Counted from the first letter of the stretch, positions 1-9,939 are shown. The stretch: 64,000 nucleotides of DNA from an uncultured delta proteobacterium (GCA_963782055.1 CAWAIF010000003.1:1664001-1728000), one strand, 5' to 3'. Translations and numbers: made by a program. The notes: generated by a model not told the origin, from the sequence alone.

Positions 1-1184
1 CACTGGGCCGAGACGCCGAGCGACCCCAGCTTCGACTCCAGGATCCGGCGGCGCGCGGTCTGCGGCGGCACCGGCAGCTCCAGGACGAAGGCGAAGCGCC
101 GCAGCGTGGCCGGATCGAGCTGGTCGATCGCGTTGGCGGTCCAGATCGTCGGCACGCGCGCGTTCTCCAGCATGCGGTGCGTCCACCCCTTCGCCCGCGT
201 GGTGTTGCGCGCCGGGCCGACGGCGTCGCGCCCGAGGGCCAGGACCTCCTCCGCCTCGTCGAAGAGGAGCAGCGCACCGCGCGTGGCGCGCAGGACCCGG
301 TCGGCCAGCACCACCTTGGCCAGGCGCTCCATCCGTTCGGCCACGCCGCCGTCCTCGTCCTGATCGAGCACCTCGTGGAGGCTCGCGCCCAGCTCGCGCG
401 CCAGCACGCGGGAGAGCTCGGTCTTGCCGGTGCCGGGCGCGCCGTGGAGCAGTACGTGGAGGCCGCGCGCCCCGCGGGCCAGGCCCCCGCGCAGCAGGCC
501 GAGCGCGACGGCGACGTCCTTCTGGACGTGGGCGAAGTCCGCGAGGGTCAGCGCGGAGGAGCGGGAGCGCCGCACGGCCGCCCGGGTGATGGGCGCGACC
601 GACGCGACGCCGTCGACGAGCGGCTCGGCGATCTCGTCGCAGACCGCGAACTCCCACGGCGACAGCAGGCCCCCCGCGTGCAGCACGCCGTCGTGGTCCA
701 GCGCGCGCCGGACGTCCTGGCGCGGCTGCCCGAGCGCCTCCGCCAGCGCGGACACGCGCGTCACGCCGTCGTGGAAGCAGCGCTCGAGCCCGGCGTCCAC
801 CGCGCAGAGCACGGCCACCCCGAGGACCTGCTCCTCCACGTCCCCCATGCCCAGCTTGCGGGCGACGTGCCGCACGCTGCGCAACACGGGCGCCTCCCGG
901 TGCCGTCCGGCGCGCTCCAGCTTGCGGAGCCGCTTGGCCGCCTTCGCCACGCCGTTGCGCACATTCCGCTCGCTCGCGAGGTCGGGCAGGCCGATGGTGG
1001 CAGCCACGTGGCTGTCGAGCCCGTGGGGGTAGCGGACGTGACGGGCGACGTCGGAGCGGAGGAGCGCCCGCAGGGCCCAGAGCGCGGCGAGGTCGGAGGT
1101 CGGATCGTCGCCCGGGCGCGGGTCGCGGGTGCGCGGGGTGACGAGATCCAGGATCTCCTTGCGGATCGGGGCGTGGGAGGACAT
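1..1184 (-). CDS. AAA+ family ATPase, partial (runs off window start)
   Basis: Manually translated frame absent from the ORF track: ATG at 1184, Walker A LLHGAPGTGKTEL, Walker B VLLFDEAEEVL, then PTIWTANAIDQLDPATLRRF (sensor 1/Arg finger). Confidence 0.88.
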   Translation of the reverse strand, partial: MSSHAPIRKEILDLVTPRTRDPRPGDDPTSDLAALWALRALLRSDVARHVRYPHGLDSHVAATIGLPDLASERNVRNGVAKAAKRLRKLERAGRHREAPVLRSVRHVARKLGMGDVEEQVLGVAVLCAVDAGLERCFHDGVTRVSALAEALGQPRQDVRRALDHDGVLHAGGLLSPWEFAVCDEIAEPLVDGVASVAPITRAAVRRSRSSALTLADFAHVQKDVAVALGLLRGGLARGARGLHVLLHGAPGTGKTELSRVLARELGASLHEVLDQDEDGGVAERMERLAKVVLADRVLRATRGALLLFDEAEEVLALGRDAVGPARNTTRAKGWTHRMLENARVPTIWTANAIDQLDPATLRRFAFVLELPVPPQTARRRILESKLGSLGVSAQ

Positions 1185-1265
1185 GGCCGGAGAGGTGCGG
1201 GCACCGGCACGGGCACGGGCACGGCACGGGGATGGAAGACGTGCGGCGCGGGTGTGCCTGACGGT

Positions 1266-1892
1266 TCAGGCGCTGGCGAGCTTCAGGAACTGGCCGGACA
1301 CGGGGTCGTAGTCGAAGACCTCACCGGTCGCGATCTTGAAGACCCAGCCGTTCATCTTGAGAGTCCCGGCGTCCAGACGGCGCGCCACGAAGTCGAAGGT
1401 CCGCAGGTTCTCCAGCTGCAGGAGCACGTTCTCCTCCACGGCGGCCGTCATGCGCGCCTCGCCCTCCAGGTGGCCGTAGCGCTCCTCGATGAGCCTCGGG
1501 ATGCGCTCCGACTCCGCGACCCAGCGCGCCACGTGCTGCAGGTGCGCGCTGCGCTCCGGGTGGAGGATGGCGTCGATGGCGCCGCAGCGCGTGTGTCCGC
1601 ACACGATGACGCTCGTCACCTGGAGCACCTCCACCGCGTACTCGATGGCCGCCGAGACGCCGCCGAGCACCCCTCGCTCCACCGCCGGCACGATGTTGCC
1701 GACGTTGCGCACGATGAACAGCTCCCCGGGCGCCGCGCTGGTGATGAGGTTGGGCACCACGCGCGAGTCTGAGCAGGTGATGAGCAGCGTCTCCGGCTGC
1801 TGCCCGTGCTCGGCGAGCTGCTCGAACAGGGCGCGGTTGGAGGCGAAGTAGTTGGCCTGGAAGTGGTGGATGCCGTCGGCGAGCTTCTGCAC
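1266..1892 (-). CDS. Beta-class carbonic anhydrase
   Basis: Zn-ligand motifs ITCSDSRV and CGHTRCGA; GELFIVRNVGN; AAIEYAV. Confidence 0.95.
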   Translation of the reverse strand: MQKLADGIHHFQANYFASNRALFEQLAEHGQQPETLLITCSDSRVVPNLITSAAPGELFIVRNVGNIVPAVERGVLGGVSAAIEYAVEVLQVTSVIVCGHTRCGAIDAILHPERSAHLQHVARWVAESERIPRLIEERYGHLEGEARMTAAVEENVLLQLENLRTFDFVARRLDAGTLKMNGWVFKIATGEVFDYDPVSGQFLKLASA

Positions 1893-1901
1893 GCCGCCAG
1901 T

Positions 1902-2798
1902 CTACCCGACTTGTGGCGTCGCTCCGAGCGTGCGGATGCGATCCAGCCACGCCTCGGGGAAGTAGCCCGCGACGAGCAGCGTCATCATGAGCAAGGCGAA
2001 CCACACCACCGGCCCGAACATCAGCGCGATCATGGCGTGCATGGCGAGGCCGAACCCCAGGGCGTAGGGGCGCGTCCGGCGAAGCCCGAAGAGGAGCGGC
2101 GCGCAGGTCTCGAAGAAGAGCACCGTCCCCTGCATCGCCGTCCACGACCACCGGGGCAGGGCCCGCGCGAGGGCATAGGCCACCGGCGTCTGGTAGCTGC
2201 CGTGGATCTGCGAGAAGAGCACGAGCGGCTCGTGCAGCCAGTCGGCGCGCGCCTTGGCGATCCCGGAGGCCATGTAGAGCACGACGGGCAGGAGCTGGAG
2301 GAAGCGGATCGAGCCGCTCGGGATCTCGGTCTTCCATCGCTTGCCGCCGCGCCGCCGCTTCAGGAAGGCGTCGACCGAGAGGAGCCGCCCGCAGGGGCCG
2401 GCCGCCACCGCCACCATGATCACCGGGGTGAGCTTGCTCACCGAGTACGCGCCGAGCCTGTCGGACAGCGCGCCGAAGAAGAGGGTCGCGGCGAAGACGA
2501 GCGCGCTCGCCCGCGTGCGGTAGCCGACCGAGCACGCGATGCCGGAGACGACCATCGTGACGGCGACGGTCCACGCCGCCCACGACGGCAGGGCGGGGAT
2601 GAAGAGCGGCTGCCGCCAGTCCGGCTTGCCCAGGTCCGGAACGCGGAAGCCCGCGTCGCCCAGCCAGTGCCCGGCGTGCGTGACGCGCGCCCACATGAAG
2701 CCGAGCGTGACGAGCGGCACCAGGATGCGCACCACCTCCAGGCGCACCAGGGGCACCGGATCCTCCAGCCAGTAGGCGAGGCGCGCGCGCAGCGTCAT
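1902..2798 (-). CDS. HTTM-domain membrane protein (vitamin K-dependent gamma-carboxylase-like)
   Basis: C-terminal part of ORF 1902..3956 from MTLRARL; several TM helices; motifs VGYRTRASA, LSVDA, LQLLPVVLYMASGIAK..DW, GLAMHAMI. Confidence 0.8.
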   Translation of the reverse strand: MTLRARLAYWLEDPVPLVRLEVVRILVPLVTLGFMWARVTHAGHWLGDAGFRVPDLGKPDWRQPLFIPALPSWAAWTVAVTMVVSGIACSVGYRTRASALVFAATLFFGALSDRLGAYSVSKLTPVIMVAVAAGPCGRLLSVDAFLKRRRGGKRWKTEIPSGSIRFLQLLPVVLYMASGIAKARADWLHEPLVLFSQIHGSYQTPVAYALARALPRWSWTAMQGTVLFFETCAPLLFGLRRTRPYALGFGLAMHAMIALMFGPVVWFALLMMTLLVAGYFPEAWLDRIRTLGATPQVG

Positions 2799-3412
2799 TG
2801 GTACCCCTCCGCGCCCGGCGCGCAGCGGCGCGCCCGGACCGAGGCGGGCGTGTGATAGAAGTGGTGCCGCTTCGTCTCCGGGTAGTGCGCGAGCGGGTAG
2901 CGACGGTAGCGCTCGAAGGACGAACCCACCTCCGGGATGGGGATGCGGAGGCTGAGCATCCGCACGCCGCCGATGCGCTCGCCCGGGTCGATGCCGTCGT
3001 CCCCCGGCTGCTCGTCGTGGCTGCGCACGAGGTAGAGATCGAGCGCGCGCATGGTCGTGCGGTTCTCGCGGTAAAAGTGCATCGCGCGGTTGAAGCGGTT
3101 CTCCTTGTCGTCCGGGTCGATCGGGAAGTACGGGCGCGTGTCGAGCTCCACCCACTGGCGCCGCGAGCACACCCAGGCCTCCGCGCGGTAGTCGATGGTG
3201 GCGTGCGCCGCCCGCGGGAAGAGCACCGCGACCTGCGTGAAGAAGAGGGCGGGGCGCGGCAGCACGTGCGAGGGGAGCGAGCAGCCCGCGCCGTCGAGCG
3301 CGACGGACGCCAGGTACGCGGCCGCGAGCGCGCGAAGCGCCAGGCTCGTCCGCCGGCGCCATGTCGCCCTTCGCTCGGCGCGCTCGAACGCGCGACGCGT
3401 CCGCCTCGTCAT
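2795..3412 (-). CDS. Hypothetical protein with N-terminal anchor, partner of the HTTM gene
   Basis: Likely start MTRRTRR (ATG 3412); hydrophobic segment then soluble domain; ATGA overlap with the HTTM gene. Confidence 0.7.
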   Translation of the reverse strand: MTRRTRRAFERAERRATWRRRTSLALRALAAAYLASVALDGAGCSLPSHVLPRPALFFTQVAVLFPRAAHATIDYRAEAWVCSRRQWVELDTRPYFPIDPDDKENRFNRAMHFYRENRTTMRALDLYLVRSHDEQPGDDGIDPGERIGGVRMLSLRIPIPEVGSSFERYRRYPLAHYPETKRHHFYHTPASVRARRCAPGAEGYQ

Positions 3413-3600
3413 GTGACCGCGCAGGTCTCGCACGGGACGCGAGGGGAGACAAGAAGGGGCATGGGCGGGACAGCGCGCCTCGCGCGCGACCGTTGCGGGC
3501 GTCGTGCGATGTCTGCGTGCCGCGGGCCCCACGACGGCGCCGGTGTCCGGCGCACCCGCCCGCCGCGCGCTTTGGCCGGGCGTGTGCAAGTGAGAGGAGC

Positions 3601-4593
3601 ATGAGCGACAAGGACACACTGCACGTCATCCTCGGCGCGGGGGGCGCCATCGGTACTCCACTCGCGCGCGAGCTGCTCGCGCGCAAAGTGCGCCTGCGGA
3701 CGGTGTCGCGGAGCGGTCGCGGGCCGGTCGCCGCCGAGACGATGCGGGCCGACCTCACGCGCCGCGACGAGGTGATGCGCGTGATCGGCGAGGGCTCCAC
3801 CGCGTACCTGACGGTGGGCCTCCCGTACGATCGGCGTGTGTGGCGCGAGCAGTGGCCCGCCATCATGCACAACGTCGTCGACGCGTGCGTCGCCAAGGAC
3901 GCGCGCCTCCTCTTCTTCGACAACGTGTACATGTACGGCAAGGTCGACGGCATCATGACCGAGGCGAGCCCGGACCAGCCGTGCAGCGAGAAGGGCGCGG
4001 TGCGCGCCGAGATCGCCCGCTACCTGCAGAACGAGATGGCGGCGGGGCGCGTCAAGGCGCTCATCGCGCGCTCGGCGGACTTCTACGGCCCGGACACCGA
4101 CGGCAAGAGCGTGCTGACGATGCTCGTCTTCCGCCGGCTCGCCGCCGGCAAGCGCGCGCAGGTGCTGCTCCGCGCCGACGCGCGGCACTCCTACACCTAC
4201 ACCCCGGACTGCGCGAAGGCCCTCTGCATGCTCGCCGAGGCGGACGACGCCTTCGGTCAGGTCTGGCACATGCCCACCGCGCAGCCCCCGCTCACCGGGC
4301 GCGAGCTGGTCGAGCGCGCCGCCCGCGCGATCGGGGTCCCCGCGCGCCTCTCCGCCATGCCGGGGTGGCTGCTGCGCGCCGCGGGCTTCTTCGTCCCGGT
4401 GCTGGGGGAGCTCGGGGAGATGCTCTACCAGTACGACCGCGACTACGTCTTCGACTCCACCAAGTTCGAGCGGCGCTTCGACTTCACGCCCACGCCCTAC
4501 GAGGAGGGCATCCGCGCGACCGCGCGCTGGGTCACCCACCACGCGCCCGACGGCGCGCCTCTCGTCTCGCATGGCGCCCAGCACCCGACGTGA
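3601..4593 (+). CDS. NAD-dependent epimerase/dehydratase family protein
   Basis: ATG 3601 after GAGGAG; Rossmann motif ILGAGGAIG; FFDNVYMYG; ARSADFYGP. Confidence 0.9.
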   Translation: MSDKDTLHVILGAGGAIGTPLARELLARKVRLRTVSRSGRGPVAAETMRADLTRRDEVMRVIGEGSTAYLTVGLPYDRRVWREQWPAIMHNVVDACVAKDARLLFFDNVYMYGKVDGIMTEASPDQPCSEKGAVRAEIARYLQNEMAAGRVKALIARSADFYGPDTDGKSVLTMLVFRRLAAGKRAQVLLRADARHSYTYTPDCAKALCMLAEADDAFGQVWHMPTAQPPLTGRELVERAARAIGVPARLSAMPGWLLRAAGFFVPVLGELGEMLYQYDRDYVFDSTKFERRFDFTPTPYEEGIRATARWVTHHAPDGAPLVSHGAQHPT

Positions 4594-4627
4594 CCAGCCC
4601 CGGGCCGATCACCAAGACGCGTGACCC

Positions 4628-4774
4628 GCGTGGCAGGCGCTGCGCGTCGTCGAGACCCTGGACCGCGACCGCGTGCGCGACCTTCTCACCGAGTGGCCGT
4701 GGGGGAAGGGTACCGTGCTGGAGGTCCGTCGCTGCCGGTGCGGGTGCACGATGGCTCGCCTCCGCGACGCATGA
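4628..4774 (+). pseudogene. Probable 3' fragment of a small Cys-containing protein
   Basis: Frame reads AWQALRVVETLDRDRVRDLLTEWPWGKGTVLEVRRCRCGCTMARLRDA* with GC-rich third positions; in-frame TGA at 4622-4624 just upstream and no start at the 5' end. Confidence 0.35.
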
Positions 4775-4809
4775 CCCACCGCCGCCAGCCGCTCGCGAAG
4801 CACCGCCGA

Positions 4810-5244
4810 TCAGGCCAGCTTCGCCGTCAGGGTGATCGGGGTGGCGGCGAGGGCCTTGGAGACCGGGCAGCCCTTCTTGGCACCCTCCGCGATGGCCTTG
4901 AACTTGGGCTCGTCGATGCCGGGGACGCGCGCCTCCAGCTCCAGGGCGATGCCCTTGATGCCGAAGCCGTCGTCGGTCTTCTGAAGATCCACCCCGGCGG
5001 TGACGCGGATCTCCTCCGGCACGTGCCCCGCCTCGCTCAGCGCGAAGGACAGCGCCATGGCAAAGCATCCGGCATGCGCCGCGCCGAGCAGCTCCTCCGG
5101 GTTGGTCCCCGCCTTGCCGTCCTCGCTCTGGAAGCGGGTCATGAAGGAATAGGGCTGGTCGGCGAGGACGCCGCTCTGGGTAGTGAGCTCACCCTTCCCG
5201 TGGGGACCGTCGCCGCGCCAGCGTGCCGTGCTCCTGCGAATCAT
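4810..5244 (-). CDS. osmC: OsmC family peroxiredoxin
   Basis: [27 protein letters not shown] and [11 protein letters not shown] (two catalytic Cys); start [11 protein letters not shown]. Confidence 0.93.
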   Translation of the reverse strand: MIRRSTARWRGDGPHGKGELTTQSGVLADQPYSFMTRFQSEDGKAGTNPEELLGAAHAGCFAMALSFALSEAGHVPEEIRVTAGVDLQKTDDGFGIKGIALELEARVPGIDEPKFKAIAEGAKKGCPVSKALAATPITLTAKLA

Positions 5245-5447
5245 GGGCTTTCCTCCTGAAGACCTTGTTGGATGCCCGTCGCCCGCCCGCCGTCGCGCCT
5301 GCCCGCGCGACACCCCTGCACCAGGCCCGGCGCCCGCCGCCCTGCGGGCTGGGCGAGGTCGGCGCGTGGGTGGCGGCCGAGGGGCAGGTCGCCTCCGCGG
5401 CGATGGGTCTCGCCCCGGCGAGCGCGACGACGCATCCCGGGCGCCGC

Positions 5448-5477
5448 TTGACGATGGTTCACGTGCGAGTTAACTAT
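5448..5477 (+). promoter_or_regulatory. Putative promoter with ArsR-type operator for the VOC-ArsR-SRPBCC operon
   Basis: TTGACG at 5448-5453 followed by imperfect palindrome ATGGTTCAC-N6-GTTAACTAT (7/9). Confidence 0.45.
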
Positions 5478-5517
5478 TGCGAACCGAAGCAACATTGTCC
5501 CTCGCCTGGAGGTCCCG

Positions 5518-5976
5518 ATGAAACCTGCGCCCGCCGGCTTCGCCCGCATCACGCCCGCCATCTTCTACGACGACGCCGCGAAGGCCATCGACTGGCTGTG
5601 CGAGGCCTTCGGCTTCGAGGTGCAGCTCAAGGTGGAGACGGGCGACGGCCACATCGCCCACTCCGAGCTGGTCTTCGGGGACGGCACCATCATGGTGGGC
5701 GAGGTCGCGCGCAGGGAGAAGCGCGCCAGCCCGCAGGCGCTCGGCGGCGTCAACACCCAGTCGCTCGAGGTTCACGTCGACGACGTGGACGCCCACTGCG
5801 CCCACGCGCGCGCCTCCGGCGCGACAATCCTCGCGGAGCCGAAGGTGAGCGACTACGGCGAGGACTACTGGAGCTCCAAGACCTACGAGGCCCAGGACCT
5901 GGAGGGCCACCGCTGGTGGTTCACAGAGCGCCTGCGCAGCCCCGCCAGGCCCGGCCCCAAGTACGCCAAGGAGTGA
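5518..5976 (+). CDS. VOC/glyoxalase family protein
   Basis: YDDAAKAIDWLCEAFGF, IAHSEL, VDDVDAH, AQDLEGHRWWF; GGAGG RBS. Confidence 0.9.
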   Translation: MKPAPAGFARITPAIFYDDAAKAIDWLCEAFGFEVQLKVETGDGHIAHSELVFGDGTIMVGEVARREKRASPQALGGVNTQSLEVHVDDVDAHCAHARASGATILAEPKVSDYGEDYWSSKTYEAQDLEGHRWWFTERLRSPARPGPKYAKE

Positions 5977-5984
5977 TCGCGGCC

Positions 5985-6344
5985 ATGAGCGCCGCGGAGA
6001 GACTGGACGAGACCCTCCTCGCGCTCGCCGACCCGGCGCGCCGCGGCGTCATCGATCTGCTCAAGCGCAAGCCGCGCCGCGCGGGGGAGCTGGCTGCCTC
6101 GCTGCACATGAGCGCCCCCGCGATGAGCCGCCACCTGCGCGTGCTGCGCAGCACGGGGCTGGTCGCCGAGGAGTCGCTCGAGCACGACGCGCGGGTGCGC
6201 GTCTACCGCCTCCGGCCGGAGCGCTTCTCCGCCCTGCGCGACTGGCTGGACGAGGTGGAGGCCTTCTGGGGGGCCGAGCTCGCGTCCTTCAAGGCGCACG
6301 CCGAGAAGACGCGCAAGGGCAAGGGGAAGGGGAGCCGCCGGTGA
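5985..6344 (+). CDS. ArsR/SmtB family transcriptional regulator
   Basis: ALADPARRGVIDLL...AGELAA...SAPAMSRHLRVLRSTGLV winged HTH. Confidence 0.92.
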   Translation: MSAAERLDETLLALADPARRGVIDLLKRKPRRAGELAASLHMSAPAMSRHLRVLRSTGLVAEESLEHDARVRVYRLRPERFSALRDWLDEVEAFWGAELASFKAHAEKTRKGKGKGSRR

Positions 6345-6841
6345 CGGCGCCCGCGAGTCGCGAGACCGCGCGCGTCACCACCTTCGTCGCGGTGCACCCG
6401 GATGACGCGTTCGACGTGTTCACGTCGGAGATCGACCGCTGGTGGCGGCGAGGCCCCAGGTTTCGTCACTCGCGGCGGATGGAGGGGGAGCTCGCCTTCG
6501 ATGGCGGCGCCGGCGGCCGCCTGGTGGAGCGCACCGCGGGGGGCGAGGTGTTCGTCATCGGCCGCGTGCTGGCGTGGGAGCCGGGCGCGCGCCTGGTCTT
6601 CGAGTGGCGCGCGAGCAACTACGCGCCCGGCGAGTGGACGGAGGTGGAGGTCCGCTTCCAGGCGGCGCGGGGCGGCACGCGGGTGGTGCTGGAGCACCGC
6701 GGGTGGGAGGCGCTGCGGCGCGACCACCCCGCGCGTCACGGGCAGCAAGACGCCGTCTTCAGCCAGCGGATAGGCCTGTGGTGGGCCGACCTGCTGACGG
6801 CGTACCGCACCTTCGCACCTGGTGCGGTCAGCCCGCGTTGA
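6341..6841 (+). CDS. SRPBCC (AHSA1/START-like) domain protein
   Basis: AFDVFT..IDRWW, GRVLAWEPGARLVFEW, TEVEVRF, TRVVLEHRGW; GTGA overlap with arsR. Confidence 0.88.
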   Translation: MTAPASRETARVTTFVAVHPDDAFDVFTSEIDRWWRRGPRFRHSRRMEGELAFDGGAGGRLVERTAGGEVFVIGRVLAWEPGARLVFEWRASNYAPGEWTEVEVRFQAARGGTRVVLEHRGWEALRRDHPARHGQQDAVFSQRIGLWWADLLTAYRTFAPGAVSPR

Positions 6842-7517
6842 TCGTGAGCTGCTTGCGGCCCGTGTACTGCTCCCAGAACTTCTCGGCGATCGCCGCCGGT
6901 TCCAGCGTGGCGTTGCCGGAGTCGAAGGCGGTGCCCTTCACGCTGCCGAGCACCATCACCTCGCCCACGTGGATGCCGAGCGGCCGGAGCTTCTCCGCCA
7001 GCAGGCCCACCGCCTTGTGCTGCGCGGCCTTCCCCAGGGCGAGGCCCATCGCGTTCCACTGGACCGCCATCGCGTCCACCTTGGGATCGTACATGCAGAG
7101 GCCGCCGCCGGTCACGAGCACCGCGGCGTCCTTCTGTGTCTTCAGGTCGGGGAGGGCGGCCTGCACCGCGGCGAGCATGCCGGTGACGCTCACGTCCAGC
7201 ACCGGGCCGAGCTCGGCGAGGTCCGCCGAGGTGAAGTCGGCGGCGCCGCCGGCGTACGCGTTCCAGTGAATCACGGTGATGGGGCCGAGCTTCTCGCGCG
7301 CGTCGGCGACGAGCTTCGCGACGGCCTTCCGGTCGCCGAGGTCGGTGGGGAAGGCGGCCGCCTTCACGCCCGCGCCCTGCAGCTCGGTGGCGGCGGCGGC
7401 GAGCTTGTCCTTGCTGCGCGCCGCGAGGGCGACGGAGAAGCCCTCCGCGCCGAACTTCCTGGCGACCGCGCTGGAGATGCCCGTTCCGTACCCGCAGATG
7501 AGGATGGTCTTCGACAT
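6828..7517 (-). CDS. Short-chain dehydrogenase/reductase (atypical)
   Basis: ICGYGTGISSAVARKFGAEG Rossmann fold; catalytic YxxxK appears as LALGK. Confidence 0.85.
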   Translation of the reverse strand: MSKTILICGYGTGISSAVARKFGAEGFSVALAARSKDKLAAAATELQGAGVKAAAFPTDLGDRKAVAKLVADAREKLGPITVIHWNAYAGGAADFTSADLAELGPVLDVSVTGMLAAVQAALPDLKTQKDAAVLVTGGGLCMYDPKVDAMAVQWNAMGLALGKAAQHKAVGLLAEKLRPLGIHVGEVMVLGSVKGTAFDSGNATLEPAAIAEKFWEQYTGRKQLTINAG

Positions 7518-7528
7518 GGTGACGTTGG

Positions 7529-7741
7529 ATGCTACTCGCCCGCGCGGCGTCGCGGAATCTGCGCATCACCGCGCTGGCCAAGGGCTGCGACGCGGGGGCG
7601 GTCATCGCGTGCAGCAACCTTGGGGTCGCCTACGAGCGAGGCATCGGCGTGGCGAGGGACCCCGACCGCGCGCACGCCCTCTACGAGCAGGCGTGCTCCG
7701 GGGGCTGGCAGGGCGCCTGCGCCCACCTGCCGGCGCCATGA
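7529..7741 (+). pseudogene. Sel1-like repeat fragment or very small Sel1 protein
   Basis: KGCDAGAVIACSNLGVAYERGIGVARDPDRAHALYEQACSGG is one Sel1/Hcp-type repeat; only 11 nt from the divergent SDR start. Confidence 0.6.
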
Positions 7742-7887
7742 GCACGGCCGCTCCGTCCGGGCGTAGCGACGGTCGGCCCAGGCGCTCCGCCTGCGCGGCC
7801 CGCGCGAGATGCGCGCGCAAACGCACGTCACCGGCGCCGGCGCCGCACGGCAGGGCCGGCACGCGCCGTGCAACCGGCCACGCGGCC

Positions 7888-8286
7888 ATGAGTGAGGACT
7901 CGAGCAACCGGACCCGTGTGCTGGTGGTCGACGACGACGAAGGCTCGTTATCTCGCGCACTTGCGCCCGAGCTCGCGGGACACACCGTCACCACCGCGCA
8001 CGACGTGGTCGAGGCGATTCACCACATCAACTGTGCGGTCGGGAACCCGTTCGACATCATCTTTTGTGACGTCGCGTGCGGCGACGTGACGGGCCCCGAG
8101 CTCTGGGCGTACCTCTCGCAGAATCGCAAGAACGCCGCGCAGCGCATGGTGTTCGTCGCGAGGGAGCCCGTGCCGCTGCCCACGCGCGCCTTCCTCGCCG
8201 CCGTACCCAACGCGTGGGTGCAGCTCCCGCTCGACCGGACGCCGCGAGGCTCCTCGCGCTCGAGGCATCCGGGCCACGTCGCCTGA
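7888..8286 (+). CDS. Single-domain response regulator receiver (atypical)
   Basis: RVLVVDDD, FDIIFCD, GPEL, RMVFV; conserved Thr/Ser and Lys appear absent. Confidence 0.75.
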   Translation: MSEDSSNRTRVLVVDDDEGSLSRALAPELAGHTVTTAHDVVEAIHHINCAVGNPFDIIFCDVACGDVTGPELWAYLSQNRKNAAQRMVFVAREPVPLPTRAFLAAVPNAWVQLPLDRTPRGSSRSRHPGHVA

Positions 8287-8341
8287 CCGAGCCGACTCAG
8301 CGCGGACGGCACCTCGGAGGCGACGATGCACTGCGCGTCGT

Positions 8342-8716
8342 TCAGTGGCACCCGCCGTTGTCACACGAGGTGGAGCCGTGGGGGCAGTCGGCGAGCGTCT
8401 GGCACACGATCGGCGAGCAGTCGCCCCCGTTGCTGGTGCTGTTGTTGCCGGAGCAGCAGGCGGCGCAGACCGCCCTGGGACCGATGACGGCGGTCGAGCC
8501 GCTCGGGGCGTCGCCCAGTACGAAGCACGCGGTCGCGCCGCCGGAGCAGCCGCCCGTCGGGCTCGGTGTCTGGTCGCACGAGATCGTCAGGCTGCCGGTG
8601 TCGGGGACGGTGCAGGTGCGGCCGGCCTGATCTTTCACGGTGACGCCGGAGCTGGAGCTGCAAGCAGCGGCGACGACGCCGACCAGGGCGATCGCAAACG
8701 AGAGGTTGCTGCGCAT
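8342..8716 (-). CDS. Small Cys-rich lipoprotein
   Basis: Signal MRSNLSFAIALVGVVAAAC; many Cys; C-terminal CQTLADCP..CDNGGCH. Confidence 0.8.
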   Translation of the reverse strand: MRSNLSFAIALVGVVAAACSSSSGVTVKDQAGRTCTVPDTGSLTISCDQTPSPTGGCSGGATACFVLGDAPSGSTAVIGPRAVCAACCSGNNSTSNGGDCSPIVCQTLADCPHGSTSCDNGGCH

Positions 8717-8778
8717 GAGGTCAGCCTACCGCGCTCCGGCGTCCGGCGACGCCGTTTCCCGGATCAGGATGCGCCGGC

Positions 8779-9894
8779 TCACCCCCTCCTCTCCGGAGGC
8801 GTCGGGGCCGCACACGCGGCAGGCGCGACGTCGATCGGCGTGCCCGGGAAATAGCGTTTGTGCGCCCACAGGGAGACGTTCACGAGGCTGATGAGCACGG
8901 GCACCTCCACGAGCGGACCGATCACGGCTGCGAAGGCCGCCCCGCTGTGGATACCAAAGCTGGCGATGGCAACGGCGATCGCCAGCTCGAAGTTGTTCGA
9001 CGCCGCCGTGAACGAGAGCGTGGCCGTCTGCTCGTAGTCCGCGCCGACGCGCCTGCTCATGAAGAAGGACACGGTGAACATGACGACGAAGTAGATGAGC
9101 AGCGGGGCGGCGATGCGGAGCACGTCGAGCGGAAGCTTCACGATGGTCTCGCCCTTCAGCGAGAACATCACGACGATGGTGAACAAGAGCGAGACGAGCG
9201 TGATCGGGCTGATTCTCGGCACGAAGGCCTTCTCGTACCAGTCGCGCCCCTTCGCCCTCACGAGCACGCGACGCGTGAGGAACCCCAGAGCGAATGGCAC
9301 GCCGAGGTAGATGCTCACGCTCTTCGCGATGTCGCCGATACCGATGTGGACGACGGCGGCTTCGAGCCCCAGCCACGTGGGCAGCAGCGTCGCGAAGAAG
9401 TACGCGTAGAAGGAGAAGAACAGCACCTGGAAGATCGAGTTCAACGCGACGAGCCCGGCGCAGTACTCGGTGTCGCCCTTCGCGAGGTCGTTCCACACGA
9501 TGACCATCGCGATGCAACGCGCGAGGCCGACGAGGATGAGGCCGACCATGTACTCGGGCTTGTCGCGCAGAAACAGGACGGCGAGCCCGAACATCAGCAG
9601 CGGGCCGATCACCCAGTTTTGAACGAGCGACAGCGCCAGCACCCGCTTGTTGCGGAAGACCTTCCCGAGCTGTTCGTAACGGACCTTCGCGAGCGGCGGG
9701 TACATCATCAAGATGAGGCCCACCGCGATCGGGATGGATGTCGTCCCCACGCTCAAGCGGTTGAGCGCCGTCGTGAAGCCCGGGGCCAGGAAGCCGAGGC
9801 CCACCCCGAGACCCATCGCGAGGAAGATCCAGAGCGTCAGATAGCGATCGAGAAAGGAGAGCTTGCCGAGGAGCCCGGCCTTCGCGGTGTGCAT
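8779..9894 (-). CDS. acr3: Acr3 family arsenite efflux permease
   Basis: [58 protein letters not shown]. Confidence 0.96.
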   Translation of the reverse strand: MHTAKAGLLGKLSFLDRYLTLWIFLAMGLGVGLGFLAPGFTTALNRLSVGTTSIPIAVGLILMMYPPLAKVRYEQLGKVFRNKRVLALSLVQNWVIGPLLMFGLAVLFLRDKPEYMVGLILVGLARCIAMVIVWNDLAKGDTEYCAGLVALNSIFQVLFFSFYAYFFATLLPTWLGLEAAVVHIGIGDIAKSVSIYLGVPFALGFLTRRVLVRAKGRDWYEKAFVPRISPITLVSLLFTIVVMFSLKGETIVKLPLDVLRIAAPLLIYFVVMFTVSFFMSRRVGADYEQTATLSFTAASNNFELAIAVAIASFGIHSGAAFAAVIGPLVEVPVLISLVNVSLWAHKRYFPGTPIDVAPAACAAPTPPERRG

Positions 9895-9939
9895 GTCTAC
9901 TCCGCTCCCTGGCCTTCGCCGGGCCAGGGGTCGGCCCAC

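Noticed and set aside
177..1772. Long alternative-frame ORFs (e.g. 177..1772, 18387..20570, 28986..30998, 44609..47011, 61059..63182)
   Set aside because: Arg/Ala/Gly/Pro-rich shadow ORFs overlapping well-supported genes, expected at this GC content.
5985..9894. ars operon (ArsR plus acr3)
   Set aside because: The ArsR has no Cys, is coupled to VOC/SRPBCC genes and lies on the opposite strand about 2.4 kb away; no arsC is present.
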